This document shows, piece after piece, positions 1-10,025 of a stretch of DNA of 64,000 bases. Under the pieces are notes generated by a model. The model ran no database searches, had not been told where the DNA came from, and was given only the letters and a program-made list of their open reading frames with translations. The stretch spans positions 576,001-640,000 of the forward strand of contig CBDIID010000003.1 in NCBI GenBank assembly GCA_965279515.1, in the 5' to 3' direction. Origin of the DNA: Turneriella sp. Its GTDB lineage: Bacteria; Spirochaetota; Leptospiria; Turneriellales; Turneriellaceae. Position numbers and translations under genes: made by a program. How positions within the stretch are numbered: the stretch's first letter is position 1; each line of letters begins with the position of its first letter.

Positions 1-1727
1 GCAACTTCAGGCAGTTTATCGGCAAGATTCTGCGTCTCAGCCGGGTCTGCGCCCAGATCAAATAGTTCCCGCGCCCCCGTCTCTTTGCGGATAAATTTGT
101 ACCGGGCATCGACGATGCCTGAAAATTCTTCCTGCCAGTAGGCCTGCAGGTGCGCCACGGTTTCGGGGCCGCCCTGCAGCATTGAGCGGCCGACATGCAT
201 CGGGCTCGTGAGGCGCTTCAGGTCTAAAAGATCGAGCACAGTCGGCAGCACGTCGACATGGCTTGTGACACGGCCAACTTCACCAGGCTTAATACCATCA
301 TACCAGACAAAAAGCGGTACATGGATATTCTCTTCATAGATAAAGAAGGGATGGTTGTAATTGCCGCGGTGCTCATAAAATGCCTCACCGTGATCGCCAA
401 AAGCGATGAGGATGGTATCCTTCATGAGGCCCTTTTTTTCGAGTTCGGCAATCAGCGTGCCGAACGCATCGTCAGCGAAATGGATGGAGTTAAAAAAATT
501 GCGCTGCTGCTTTTTGAATCCGGCATCTTCGCCCAGAAGTTCGGGATAGTCTTCAGGCATATCATAGGGATGGTGCGGCGCGAAGGCGAAAAGCTCGGCG
601 AGAAAGGGTTGCGCCGCATCGGCCGCGACAAAATCGCCGAGGGGCTTAATGAGCGCACGCTCATCTGCGGCCCCCCACGGTCCCATGCCTTTTGCATAAG
701 GCGGCTTCTTCACGGTTTCTGCATCCATCAGCAGGTCAAAATCACGCTTCTGCATGAAGCGCTTCTGTTTCGCATAGCCGAGATAACCGGCGTGCAGGCC
801 CACAGTGCGGTAGCCTTGCTTCTTCAAAAGCTGCGAAAGGCAGGGAACGGGAAAATCAGGCAGGGCGAGGGAAATCCACGCGCCGTCAGGCAAGGCATAG
901 GCGCTGCAGTGCACATTGTAGAAGGCATTGATGCTCAACGGCACATTGGCGTAGTGCCGTTTGAAAAACAGCGATTTTTCTTTGAGCTTATTGAGGTTGG
1001 GTGTGAGTTCCTTGCCTTGGATTTTTTTGCCGATCACAGAATACGGTGTCGATTCGAGAAAGTAGAGGATGATATTCTTCTTTTTGCCGCGCGGTAATGC
1101 TACGGGAGAAACATAGCCGCCGCCCGGTGCATCGAGTTCGGGAATCACATCGTCGCCACTGACTGCGACCGAACTTATGGCCGCCTTCGCCTTGCCGCCG
1201 AACGAAGCGCTGAGCGGATTAGAGATGAGTCCAGGCGGCCGCGGCTGAAGCACGATCGAGAGAATAATTCCCGCAAGTGCCGCGCTGCCTTGGACAAGAA
1301 CCTGCCGGCGCGGCTGCCTGATGCCGCGGCGCGCGATCAGGAAAAACAGAACAACCAGAACCCCCAAAAGCGCAAGGTGTGGCAGGCCGATTTCATAGAG
1401 ACCCGAGACGAAATTCTCGCGCCAGATCGAGAGCGAGTCGGTGCGAATAAATGCCCAGGTAAAAGGCCGCTCATACAGTTTTGCAAAACCGAAAGCGACA
1501 AAAAGGAAAAGGCTGACGAAGAGGAAAATCCCACCTAAAACCCATTTTCTGAATTTTGTCTGCAGTACCCCGCTCTGCAGCGACGCAAAGAAAACGGCCC
1601 ATGCAGCACCCCCCAGCAAGTTGGCCGCAAGATCACGCCAGGACGGCGTCGCGGCGCCTGGGCCGAGAAAAACGAGTATGAAAGCATGGTAGGCGATAAA
1701 AGGAGAAAACCAAAGCAGGTATATCAC
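1..1727 (-). CDS. Membrane-anchored sulfatase / LTA-synthase (alkaline phosphatase superfamily) protein, runs off the left edge
   Basis: Absent from the ORF track; translated by hand from GTG at 1727. N-terminal TM helices, then NIILYFLES, TPNL, HHPY, FGDHGE, HVPL and SHVDVLPT motifs. Confidence 0.85.
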   Translation of the reverse strand, partial: MIYLLWFSPFIAYHAFILVFLGPGAATPSWRDLAANLLGGAAWAVFFASLQSGVLQTKFRKWVLGGIFLFVSLFLFVAFGFAKLYERPFTWAFIRTDSLSIWRENFVSGLYEIGLPHLALLGVLVVLFFLIARRGIRQPRRQVLVQGSAALAGIILSIVLQPRPPGLISNPLSASFGGKAKAAISSVAVSGDDVIPELDAPGGGYVSPVALPRGKKKNIILYFLESTPYSVIGKKIQGKELTPNLNKLKEKSLFFKRHYANVPLSINAFYNVHCSAYALPDGAWISLALPDFPVPCLSQLLKKQGYRTVGLHAGYLGYAKQKRFMQKRDFDLLMDAETVKKPPYAKGMGPWGAADERALIKPLGDFVAADAAQPFLAELFAFAPHHPYDMPEDYPELLGEDAGFKKQQRNFFNSIHFADDAFGTLIAELEKKGLMKDTILIAFGDHGEAFYEHRGNYNHPFFIYEENIHVPLFVWYDGIKPGEVGRVTSHVDVLPTVLDLLDLKRLTSPMHVGRSMLQGGPETVAHLQAYWQEEFSGIVDARYKFIRKETGARELFDLGADPAETQNLADKLPEV

Positions 1728-1783
1728 GGTTTCGCAGGGCGGGAAATCCTCATACAGCGGCAATTTCAAACCGATAGTCAAGT

Positions 1784-2473
1784 ATGCGCTATAAATGGGC
1801 CAATGTGAAAAACCCTGCCTGGGATTACCCCGAGGTCTATACCACGATGACCATCCACTATGACCAGGTCAAGGTCGAGGCCAACCGCGCCGCGGGCCAG
1901 GTGCGCCTCGAGATCAAGACGCTGCGGGGTGAACACTATGAGAGTATCATCAAACAGGGTGTGGTTTTACGCGAAAAGGACCTGAGGACGGGTGCACTCA
2001 CTGATCTCACCGATATGATCAGCATCTACCGCAAAGATTTCAGTTCACTGCCGGATACCCCGCTTTTGGAACTCATCGGCGGCAACTATGGTATTCTCAC
2101 CGAGTTCCTGGGAACCGCAGAGCGCATTGTCGTTAAAGAAGGCAGTGTCGCGACGAGATTCTGGAAATCAATCAAAGGCCTGCCCACAGCAATACGGCAT
2201 TTTTTCGGCAATCTCTGGCGCAACTTCCGTTATTACAGCGCATCGGCGCGCCCCGCCGATTTTGTCGATATGGCGCTCATCGGTGCCGCGACGTACACTG
2301 CCTTTACTTATAATTTTGATTACCTGAGCGCAGGCTTCACGCTCTGCATTATGGCGGCGTTAACGGGCCTGGTCGACTGGCTGATCCGCAAACGCGAACC
2401 GTGGCTGATGAAGATCTATGCCGCCGTCGCGCTGGGGTCGGTAGCCGTCTACCGCGGCTATTTTTTCCAGTAA
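1784..2473 (+). CDS. Hypothetical protein with C-terminal TM helices
   Basis: 229-aa ORF filling the gap; hydrophobic C-terminus; no motif recognised. Confidence 0.7.
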   Translation: MRYKWANVKNPAWDYPEVYTTMTIHYDQVKVEANRAAGQVRLEIKTLRGEHYESIIKQGVVLREKDLRTGALTDLTDMISIYRKDFSSLPDTPLLELIGGNYGILTEFLGTAERIVVKEGSVATRFWKSIKGLPTAIRHFFGNLWRNFRYYSASARPADFVDMALIGAATYTAFTYNFDYLSAGFTLCIMAALTGLVDWLIRKREPWLMKIYAAVALGSVAVYRGYFFQ

Positions 2474-2476
2474 AAC

Positions 2477-2737
2477 CTAGCGCCGCCGCGCGTAGTAGAG
2501 TTTCAGAATAAAAATAATCACCACCAGGGTGAAGGTTACGGCGTTCGCCGCCACGATCGGCACGCCACCGATTAAGATTCCGTAAATCAGCCACAGCATC
2601 GTGCCGCTGGCCAAGAGCAGCATCATCCACGCCGAAATGTCGCGCCCCGATTTGGTTTTGTAAACGCGGATGACTTGCGGCACAAAAGACAGCGTCGTGA
2701 TCGTGCCGGCGATGAAACCGACCTGTTCGGCGGTCAT
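2477..2737 (-). CDS. SemiSWEET / PQ-loop sugar transporter
   Basis: MTAEQVGFIAGTITTLSFVPQVIRVYKTKSGRDIS (PQ motif), 3 TM helices; ATG at 2737 overlaps the upstream stop (ATGA). Confidence 0.9.
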   Translation of the reverse strand: MTAEQVGFIAGTITTLSFVPQVIRVYKTKSGRDISAWMMLLLASGTMLWLIYGILIGGVPIVAANAVTFTLVVIIFILKLYYARRR

Positions 2738-3117
2738 CGCGCCCGCCTGCCCGTCACCGAAACTTCCCAGCAGGCGGGGTTGATACAGCTTTTTCCACTG
2801 CAAATGTTGCGCAGCCGCTCTTTCGGCGAAAGTTTTCTGACATAGATTTCATAGGCAAAACGGTGCGCCTTGACGACCTTAAAATCATTCAGCCAGAACT
2901 GGCCATAGCCGTCGCTGGTGCGCGATCCCTTCCAGCCCCAGCACTTGCGGTTGCGTTTGTCGAGATAGTCTTCGAAGCGCCGGCGTACGGGAGCCGCGAC
3001 TTTCAGTTTTCCGGTTTTTTTGGCTTTTTTCTTCGCGGGCTTTTTAATGACGACTGCCGAATCCGGTGCGCTGGCTGGTGTCGTCTGCGTTGCTTTTTTT
3101 CCGGGCCAAAAGCGCAT
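2734..3117 (-). CDS. HNH endonuclease-like protein with degenerate active site
   Basis: CWGWKG..DGYGQF...AHRFAY...C...CINP pattern of phage-type HNH_3 proteins. Confidence 0.7.
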   Translation of the reverse strand: MRFWPGKKATQTTPASAPDSAVVIKKPAKKKAKKTGKLKVAAPVRRRFEDYLDKRNRKCWGWKGSRTSDGYGQFWLNDFKVVKAHRFAYEIYVRKLSPKERLRNICSGKSCINPACWEVSVTGRRAR

Positions 3118-3232
3118 CCGGTAAAAACCGTCAGTTTAAACATAGCGAAAAGAAAAAACCACCGCGGGCACGAAAAGAATCGAAGAATCGGAAATCTTAA
3201 CGCCGTGTTCGCCGTACCGCCGTGGTTCTTTT

Positions 3233-4801
3233 TTAAACTTGCAGGACTTTTTTCGCCGCTTCAATGCCCTGATACTGCGCCTCTTCGAAATTGCTCATCC
3301 CCGAAAGATCGCTGTGGGCGCCGAAAAAATTCCGGTCGATGCCGGTGAGAATTTGGCGCGCGTCTCCAGTGATAAACCCAGGTTGCGGGCGAATCATCGC
3401 ATGCGCCCAGCGGTAGATACCGACCTCTTCGATATGATCGCCAATTGCCGGGTGCGGCCGCCGCAGTTCACTCACGGCAAAATCATAGATCTCCGTTTCT
3501 GACATCGCAAGAAGTTTTCGCCGGCTGGTGAGCGTATCGTCACCGTCAAAGGCATGGAAGAATGTCAACGTACGCGCATGGGGCAGCTTACCCGCTTTCT
3601 GGTGCTCGGCCACGACATAACCCAGCGAGTGCGAGCCAAACGTGACATTATCCCATGCCGGTTCGAGGGCGCCAAAATGGTTCACGAGTAAATTGACCGT
3701 CAGCCAGGGCGAATACAGGAATGCCTTCGCGGCAGCAGCTTTTTCCGCAGCGAGCGCCGGGTAGACATAGGGTAGGATAAACTTCGGTGCTGCGAAAATA
3801 ATTTTGTTGGCAGTAATTTTCCGCACGCTGTTCTGTGCATGATCTTGAAAAGAAAGGCTATAGCCCTTGGCTTCTTTATCAATCCGCCTTAGGCTATGCG
3901 CCGGATGTATTTTGGGGCCCAGCTTGCTCCGCAAATATTCGGCGATAAAACCATTCCCTTCGGGCCAGACAAGGTTGTGCGATTCGGAACGCGCTGCAAA
4001 GTAATGCAACAGTGCCCAGGCGCTGGTATTCTGGCGGTTTGAGCCGTATTCATCGCGCAGGATATAGTCGACATACCACAGGAGCCGCGTCGAGGTAAAG
4101 CCCTGCTCTTTTAAGAATGTAGCTGCCGTGATGCGGTCATAGGCAAGAAGTTTCGGATCCCGCGAACATTTGGCGATCGGAATGGTAAAGGCGGTTGCAC
4201 CGTCATTGCCCCGCCTGCGACGGAATGATTGCATCAGTGCGGAAAATTTTTCGATTTCGCGGCGGTCATTTTCGCGGGCCCCCATTAAGGGAATGAGGCC
4301 TTGCTGCCATTGGCCGTAGATAAAGAGGCGCTCTTCGGGCTCATGCACCAGAAACTCATGTCCGAATTTACCATCTTTAAGTATGCCCATTTCGGCAAGC
4401 AGCTCACGTACATAGTTAGCGTCCGGCCCGGGTGTCGGCAAATAGTGCGCCCCCCAGGGATAGCGGCCGAGGCGGTTTTCACCCCAGGCTGAATTACCGC
4501 CGGCGCGGTCTTCGAGTTCAAAGAGCGCAAAATCAGAGAGGCCTTGTTTCTGCAGATACCAGCCCGCCGACATACCGCTGATGCCGCCGCCCACGATTGC
4601 CACCTCAACCTTTTGACCGGCAGCGCCTTCCGCAGCGGCAAAAGGTGTGCGCAGTGCATGGCCGCGCAACAGGGCGGGACCCACAAAGTTTACGGGTGGT
4701 GTTTTTTTACGCAGCCTGAACCACAATGCTCCCGAGAAGATGGCAAAGATTCCAGCCAGCGCGGCCAGAAATCCGCGGCGGCTGATATCGTGTTCTTTCA
4801 C
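3233..4801 (-). CDS. Tat-signal FAD-dependent oxidoreductase (flavin amine oxidase family)
   Basis: SRRGFL twin-arginine motif, IVGGGISG FAD motif, WGAHY, AHSDLSG..FEEA. Confidence 0.85.
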   Translation of the reverse strand: MKEHDISRRGFLAALAGIFAIFSGALWFRLRKKTPPVNFVGPALLRGHALRTPFAAAEGAAGQKVEVAIVGGGISGMSAGWYLQKQGLSDFALFELEDRAGGNSAWGENRLGRYPWGAHYLPTPGPDANYVRELLAEMGILKDGKFGHEFLVHEPEERLFIYGQWQQGLIPLMGARENDRREIEKFSALMQSFRRRRGNDGATAFTIPIAKCSRDPKLLAYDRITAATFLKEQGFTSTRLLWYVDYILRDEYGSNRQNTSAWALLHYFAARSESHNLVWPEGNGFIAEYLRSKLGPKIHPAHSLRRIDKEAKGYSLSFQDHAQNSVRKITANKIIFAAPKFILPYVYPALAAEKAAAAKAFLYSPWLTVNLLVNHFGALEPAWDNVTFGSHSLGYVVAEHQKAGKLPHARTLTFFHAFDGDDTLTSRRKLLAMSETEIYDFAVSELRRPHPAIGDHIEEVGIYRWAHAMIRPQPGFITGDARQILTGIDRNFFGAHSDLSGMSNFEEAQYQGIEAAKKVLQV

Positions 4802-5640
4802 ATGCCCCAGTCGCGCGGCGTGCGGAACTCGCGGCCGATTGTGACGGGCGAAATTTTTGCAATGACGGGCATCACGCGCTTATACGCGTTGCGCTCGACG
4901 CGCTTTAAGACTTTATCGACAACAGCCTCATCGGCGCCCTGCGCGCGCACCAATTCTTTCAGGGCAGAAACCGTGTAATTGCGCTCAAGCCAGTAGAACA
5001 GGATTACATCCGCCAGCGCATAGCTGAAGCCCATCTCGCCTTCGTCGGTCTGCCCCGACCATAGGTCGGCGCTGGGGGCCTTGTCGAGAATTTCTGCAAT
5101 CACACCGAGCTCGCGCGAGAGCACAAAGACCTGGTACTTGTAGAGATCGCCCAGGGGATTTACGGCCGAAGCCATATCGCCCCAGAGTGTCGAATAGCCT
5201 AAGAGGATTTCAGTTTTGTTGCTCGTACCGATGACGAGCGCGCCGTCACGCGCCGAGAGATCATACAGCACAATCATTCTCAGGCGGGCCATGACATTGC
5301 CGCGTCGTGTGGAAGACATTTCGGCCTCACGCGCAAAGTACGCATCGGCCATGGCCGTGATCTCGACGGTTTCATAGGCAACGGAAAATTTCTCGCAAAG
5401 TTTCACTGCATCGCCCAACGAATCGGGATTGCTCGATTTGTAGGGCATCAAAACCGCGCGCACATTCTCGGCGCCGAGAGCTTTGACGGCAATAGCCAGT
5501 GACAAGGCGGAGTCAACGCCCCCCGAGACACCGAGTACGGCTTTTTTCAGACCGGTTTTTAAGACCTCGGCGCGAACGATTTCAGCGAGGGCGGCAGCGA
5601 TAAAGGCGGCGTTGAAGCCGGGCAAAAGGGAGTTAGACAT
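4798..5640 (-). CDS. nadE: NH3-dependent NAD+ synthetase
   Basis: GVSGGVDS, GNVMARLRM, GTSNKTE, APSADLW motifs. Confidence 0.95.
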   Translation of the reverse strand: MSNSLLPGFNAAFIAAALAEIVRAEVLKTGLKKAVLGVSGGVDSALSLAIAVKALGAENVRAVLMPYKSSNPDSLGDAVKLCEKFSVAYETVEITAMADAYFAREAEMSSTRRGNVMARLRMIVLYDLSARDGALVIGTSNKTEILLGYSTLWGDMASAVNPLGDLYKYQVFVLSRELGVIAEILDKAPSADLWSGQTDEGEMGFSYALADVILFYWLERNYTVSALKELVRAQGADEAVVDKVLKRVERNAYKRVMPVIAKISPVTIGREFRTPRDWGM

Positions 5641-5794
5641 GGCAGTCGCACAGAACCAAATCCGCAAAAGGGGGCGTAAATCTGAAATTCAGCCCGGGCT
5701 ACGTGGTCGCCAGGCCGTCGGTCGTTTACGCTCGGTTGCCGGCCGCCCGCCTCGACTTTTCTTGGCGCGCTGTCTCTGTCTCCAAAAACCCCGC

Positions 5795-7024
5795 ATGTCT
5801 GAAATTTCCCGCGCTGCCAAAGCCGCGATTCTCGTGTCGGCGCTTGGCTACTTTGTCGATATCTATGACCTGCTGCTTTTCCTGATCGTGCGCAAACCCA
5901 GTCTTGCGGCACTGGGTATTCCCGACACAGGCCTCGCTGAATATCTCTTCAGTATCCAGATGGCAGGTATGCTGGTCGGGGGTATTTTCTGGGGCATCCT
6001 GGGCGATAAAAAAGGGCGGCTTTCGGTACTTTTTGGTTCTATCACCATGTATTCGCTTGCCAATATAGCGAATGCCTTCGTCACCAATATCGAGCAGTAT
6101 GCGATACTGCGTTTTATCGCCGGCATCGGCCTTGCGGGCGAGCTCGGGGCAGGCATCACGCTCGTTTCAGAACTTATGCCCAAAGACAAACGCGGTTATG
6201 GCACGATGATCGTCGCAGGCTTCGGTATTTTCGGCGCCGTTGCCGCGAGCCTCATCGGCAAATTCATGAGCTGGAAAGCCGCCTACATCATCGGCGGCAT
6301 CGGCGGTATCGCCCTGCTCCTGCTGCGCATCGGCGTCACGGAATCAGGCATGTTTGAAAAGGTATTGAAGCACGAAGTCAGGCGCGGCTCTTTCCTGAGC
6401 CTGTTCGCCAACCGCAAACGCCTGTCGAAATACCTCTACTGTATTCTCATCGGCGTACCGCTGTGGTTCGTGATCGGCATTCTGATTGGCCGGGCAGATA
6501 AGTTCGGCATTGCGCAAGGTGCACTGTTTTCACCCGACCCCGGCATTGCCATCGGCATCACCTACTTCACTCTTGCCCTGGGAGATTTTGCGGCCGGCGC
6601 GCTCAGCCAGTATATCGGCTCACGGCGCCGCGTTGTGCTCTACTGGCAGCTCATGAATCTCGCGGTCATCACGGTATTCCTGTTATCCAAAGGTTATGGC
6701 GAGACTTATTTTTACGTATTCTGCGCCTTATTGGGATTTATCAACGGCTACTGGGCTGTTTTCGTGACGATAGCGGCGGAACAGTTTGGCACCAATATTC
6801 GTTCGACGGTCACAACCACGGTACCGAATTTCGTGCGCGGCAGCGTCTCGGTCATGACGCCGCTGTTTATTTTTCTCACGGGTAAATTTGCCAAAACGAG
6901 CGGCGACCTTTCGGGTATGATTCCCGCCGCCTTTATCGTCGGCGCGATCGCGTTTTCGCTGGCGCTGTTTGCACTCTCGCGCCTCGAGGAATCACACGGC
7001 AAAGACCTGGATTACAACGAATAG
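5795..7024 (+). CDS. MFS transporter
   Basis: 12-TM pattern, GILGDKKGR motif A; ATG at 5795 preferred over the track start. Confidence 0.9.
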   Translation: MSEISRAAKAAILVSALGYFVDIYDLLLFLIVRKPSLAALGIPDTGLAEYLFSIQMAGMLVGGIFWGILGDKKGRLSVLFGSITMYSLANIANAFVTNIEQYAILRFIAGIGLAGELGAGITLVSELMPKDKRGYGTMIVAGFGIFGAVAASLIGKFMSWKAAYIIGGIGGIALLLLRIGVTESGMFEKVLKHEVRRGSFLSLFANRKRLSKYLYCILIGVPLWFVIGILIGRADKFGIAQGALFSPDPGIAIGITYFTLALGDFAAGALSQYIGSRRRVVLYWQLMNLAVITVFLLSKGYGETYFYVFCALLGFINGYWAVFVTIAAEQFGTNIRSTVTTTVPNFVRGSVSVMTPLFIFLTGKFAKTSGDLSGMIPAAFIVGAIAFSLALFALSRLEESHGKDLDYNE

Positions 7025-7041
7025 TCGCAACGTTTTTGATT

Positions 7042-7764
7042 TTATTTTTTCGGGTGTTTGGCCGAGCAGAGTTTCAGATTGAACCTCGCGGCCCGGACCA
7101 CCGCTAACCATACATCCGCATCCGAAGGCGGGTAATTGTTTTTTATCTCATCGTCGGATAGAGCGGCCTCGGTTTCTAACGTTTTTAAAGTAGCCCGGCA
7201 GGCTGCAGAATCTCCGAGCTTATATTGCGTTATGGCAATATCGTTTTTTATCCACCCGGTTTCAATCCAGTCGAAAGTTTTACTACATACGTTAAACAAC
7301 TCGCTGAGGGTACTGAGCGCCCCGGTGTACTCTTTCTTATCGTAGAGATCTTTGAAGCGCTTTCGTGTCTTCGTCCGCGACAAGGTGTCGCAGCCGCCGG
7401 CGGGCTGAAGATACAATCCCTCAAAGACCGCGCGTGCGCCGCAGTAATAGCTGCATTCGGGCCCGCTTTGAATAACCTCAATATCCTTCCCTTTTTTCGT
7501 AAAGGTCACGATACATTCTTTTTCTTTGTCGGCGGCTTCCAATCTTGCCTGGTTATTTTTGATTTCGCCGGATAACCCACAGGTATGAAAATTGCTCCCG
7601 ACGGAGGTAATTTCAAAGAGCATTTTTCCCCGGGTCGTTTTGATATTCAGGTTTCCCCAGCCACCTTCGGGGATATACTCACCCGGCCTTAGGCCTTCAC
7701 CGGAATTTGCCGGGAAAGTCATGGCGAATAACAAACCATAAATAAGTAAAATCTTCTTTTTCAT
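7042..7764 (-). CDS. Hypothetical secreted protein, Cys-containing with TPR-like C-terminus
   Basis: MKKKILLIYGLLFAM signal peptide; several Cys; helical C-terminus. Confidence 0.7.
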   Translation of the reverse strand: MKKKILLIYGLLFAMTFPANSGEGLRPGEYIPEGGWGNLNIKTTRGKMLFEITSVGSNFHTCGLSGEIKNNQARLEAADKEKECIVTFTKKGKDIEVIQSGPECSYYCGARAVFEGLYLQPAGGCDTLSRTKTRKRFKDLYDKKEYTGALSTLSELFNVCSKTFDWIETGWIKNDIAITQYKLGDSAACRATLKTLETEAALSDDEIKNNYPPSDADVWLAVVRAARFNLKLCSAKHPKK

Positions 7765-7888
7765 ATGCTCTCGCCGCCGCACCGGAATCCAATTTGTCTC
7801 TTCGGCATGCGTACGCTGCGACCGACAAGTTTCTTCGCTGCAATCTCAATCATCTCCGGTTCGGGATTTTTGAGAATACCCATGGGTA

Positions 7889-9133
7889 TTAACCGACGAG
7901 TTTGACAAACTTGCGCTTGCCCGCGCGCAGGATAAAATCTTCGTTTACCGGCATCTTAAAATCGCTGAGCACAGTCTCTGCCTCGCCGTCGATGCGGTAG
8001 ATGGACTTCGCGTCGATCATACGCCGCGCCTCTGAGTTCGACGGCGCGAGGCCCGCCTCTTTGACAACGGCGACAAGCTGGCTGCCCTTCGTGTAGCGGA
8101 ACTCGGGGATATCCTGCGGAATACCGCGCTCTTTCGGATTATGCACCTTGCTCCATTCTTCACCCGTCGCGGCCGCAATCTCTTCCGATGTAAAACGCGC
8201 CGTAATCTCGCGCGCGAGATCGGCCTTTGCCTGCTTGGGATGCAGGTCACCATTCGCAATACGCTCTTTGATACTTTTGAGATCCGCCACGGATTTATCG
8301 GAGAGCAGATTATAATATTCGAGCATGAGCTCATCTGAGATGCTCATCAGCTTGCCATAGATGTCGGTCGGGGATTCCTGGATACCGATATAGTTGCCGA
8401 GTGATTTTGACATTTTCTTCACGCCGTCGAGACCCACGAGCAGAGGCGTCATCAGCACACACTGCTGGCCCTGGCCATACGAAGCCTGCAGGTCGCGCCC
8501 CACCAGCAGGTTAAATTTCTGGTCTGTGCCGCCGAGTTCGACGTCGCTTTTCAGCGCCACCGAGTCATAGCCCTGCATGAGCGGGTACATAAATTCAACC
8601 AGCGAGATGGCCTGGCCAGCCGCATAACGCTTCGAAAAATCGTCGCGCTCAAGCATACGCGCAACGGTATATTTCCCCGTCAAATGCAGCATATCTTCGA
8701 GTTTAAGTCCGTTCAGCCATGCGGAATTAAATACAATTTCTGTTTTTTGCGGATCGAGAATTTTAAATACCTGCTCTTTGTAGGTTTTTGCATTCGCCTC
8801 GACCTCTTCGCGCGACAGCACTTTACGCGTCTCTGACTTGCCCGTCGGATCGCCAATCATCGCCGTATAGTCGCCGATCAGAAACAGCACGTGGTGGCCG
8901 AATTTCTGGAACTGGCGGAGCTTTTGGATGAGGACGGCATGACCCAAATGCAGGTCGGGCGCGGTCGGGTCAAAACCCGCCTTTACCCTGAGCGGAATCT
9001 TTTTATTATACGCGTCGAGAAGTTTCTTGCGAAATTCATTAACGGGTAGGATTTCCTCTGCGCCACGCGCCAGTTCTGCAAACTGATTTTCCAGTTCGGC
9101 GGGAAGTTCGATCTTTTCGTGCGCTGAAGCCAT
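7889..9133 (-). CDS. tyrS: Tyrosine--tRNA ligase
   Basis: [13 protein letters not shown] (HIGH), KMSKS, C-terminal S4 domain. Confidence 0.97.
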   Translation of the reverse strand: MASAHEKIELPAELENQFAELARGAEEILPVNEFRKKLLDAYNKKIPLRVKAGFDPTAPDLHLGHAVLIQKLRQFQKFGHHVLFLIGDYTAMIGDPTGKSETRKVLSREEVEANAKTYKEQVFKILDPQKTEIVFNSAWLNGLKLEDMLHLTGKYTVARMLERDDFSKRYAAGQAISLVEFMYPLMQGYDSVALKSDVELGGTDQKFNLLVGRDLQASYGQGQQCVLMTPLLVGLDGVKKMSKSLGNYIGIQESPTDIYGKLMSISDELMLEYYNLLSDKSVADLKSIKERIANGDLHPKQAKADLAREITARFTSEEIAAATGEEWSKVHNPKERGIPQDIPEFRYTKGSQLVAVVKEAGLAPSNSEARRMIDAKSIYRIDGEAETVLSDFKMPVNEDFILRAGKRKFVKLVG

Positions 9134-9181
9134 CCGCTATGTTTTTCCGGCGCGATGCCGCGAAAACTACAATGCGCCAGC

Positions 9182-9631
9182 CTAACGCGGCAAGCTATCC
9201 CAGTGATCCATCCGTTCGCGGCGTTCCTGTCTGAAGTTAGTGACCTCGAGTTTCACACCGTCGGGATCTGTGAAAAAGATCGCATAATAGTCGGGCGCAT
9301 ATTCTTTATGGTATTGCGGAATGGAGACCTGCAAACCCTTTTGGCGCATCGCCCCGGCAGCCTTATCGACGTCTTCTTCGGCGTTGACACGGAAACAAAA
9401 GTGGTGCAGCCCCGGTTTATCGGCACTGAAATCCGCCTCAGTTTTTGCGGGGCGTATCACAAAGCCGAACTGCCGGTTAAAATACTGGATATGCGCATAG
9501 CCGTTGAGCATGAATTTATTCTTGCGGAAACCCAGGATGTCTGCGAGCACCTGGTCGTAATATTGCTCTGACCTGACGATATCGCTGACGGACAGGTAAA
9601 TGTGATCGATACCGATGACTTCTACAGGCAT
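9182..9631 (-). CDS. VOC / glyoxalase family protein
   Basis: IDHIYLSVSD, GLHHFCF, FFTDPDGVKLE. Confidence 0.9.
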   Translation of the reverse strand: MPVEVIGIDHIYLSVSDIVRSEQYYDQVLADILGFRKNKFMLNGYAHIQYFNRQFGFVIRPAKTEADFSADKPGLHHFCFRVNAEEDVDKAAGAMRQKGLQVSIPQYHKEYAPDYYAIFFTDPDGVKLEVTNFRQERRERMDHWDSLPR

Positions 9632-9725
9632 ACCACGCAGATAGCAAGCGCATGCAGGGCGTAAATCCCCATAAAACCCGCCGGCGAACTGATTGACGCC
9701 GCGTTTTCGGGGGTAAGTCATCCCC

Positions 9726-10025
9726 ATGGCCGCCAAAAAGCAACAAAGCCCGACCTCATTACCGGCCGACCTCACGTTTGAAAAGGCCCTGGCCGACCTG
9801 GAAGAAATCACGGAAAAACTCGAGGACGGCAAAGAGTCCCTCGAAGAGTCGATGAAGCTCTATGAATACGGCCTCGCGCTCAAAGAATTCTGCGAGCATA
9901 AGCTCAAAGAAGCTGAAGGCAAGTGGCTGATGCTGAAAAAACAAAAAGACGGAACTGTATCGGCGGAGGAGATACCGAACGATAAGATTCCGGAACAGAA
10001 CGAGCTGCAAGGGCAGATGTTTTGA
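9726..10025 (+). CDS. xseB: Exodeoxyribonuclease VII small subunit
   Basis: TFEKALADLEEI..LE.G..SLEESMKLYE.G..L...C...L..AE. Confidence 0.93.
   Translation: MAAKKQQSPTSLPADLTFEKALADLEEITEKLEDGKESLEESMKLYEYGLALKEFCEHKLKEAEGKWLMLKKQKDGTVSAEEIPNDKIPEQNELQGQMF

Noticed and set aside
258..1097. 279-aa plus-strand ORF
   Set aside because: Antisense shadow of the minus-strand sulfatase-family gene, which has clear motifs
3148..3235. Imperfect inverted repeat (AAAAAACCAC.GCGGGCACG...CGTGTTCGC...GTGGTTCTTTTT)
   Set aside because: Probably a REP-like or terminator hairpin; single copy in the window and too degenerate to classify
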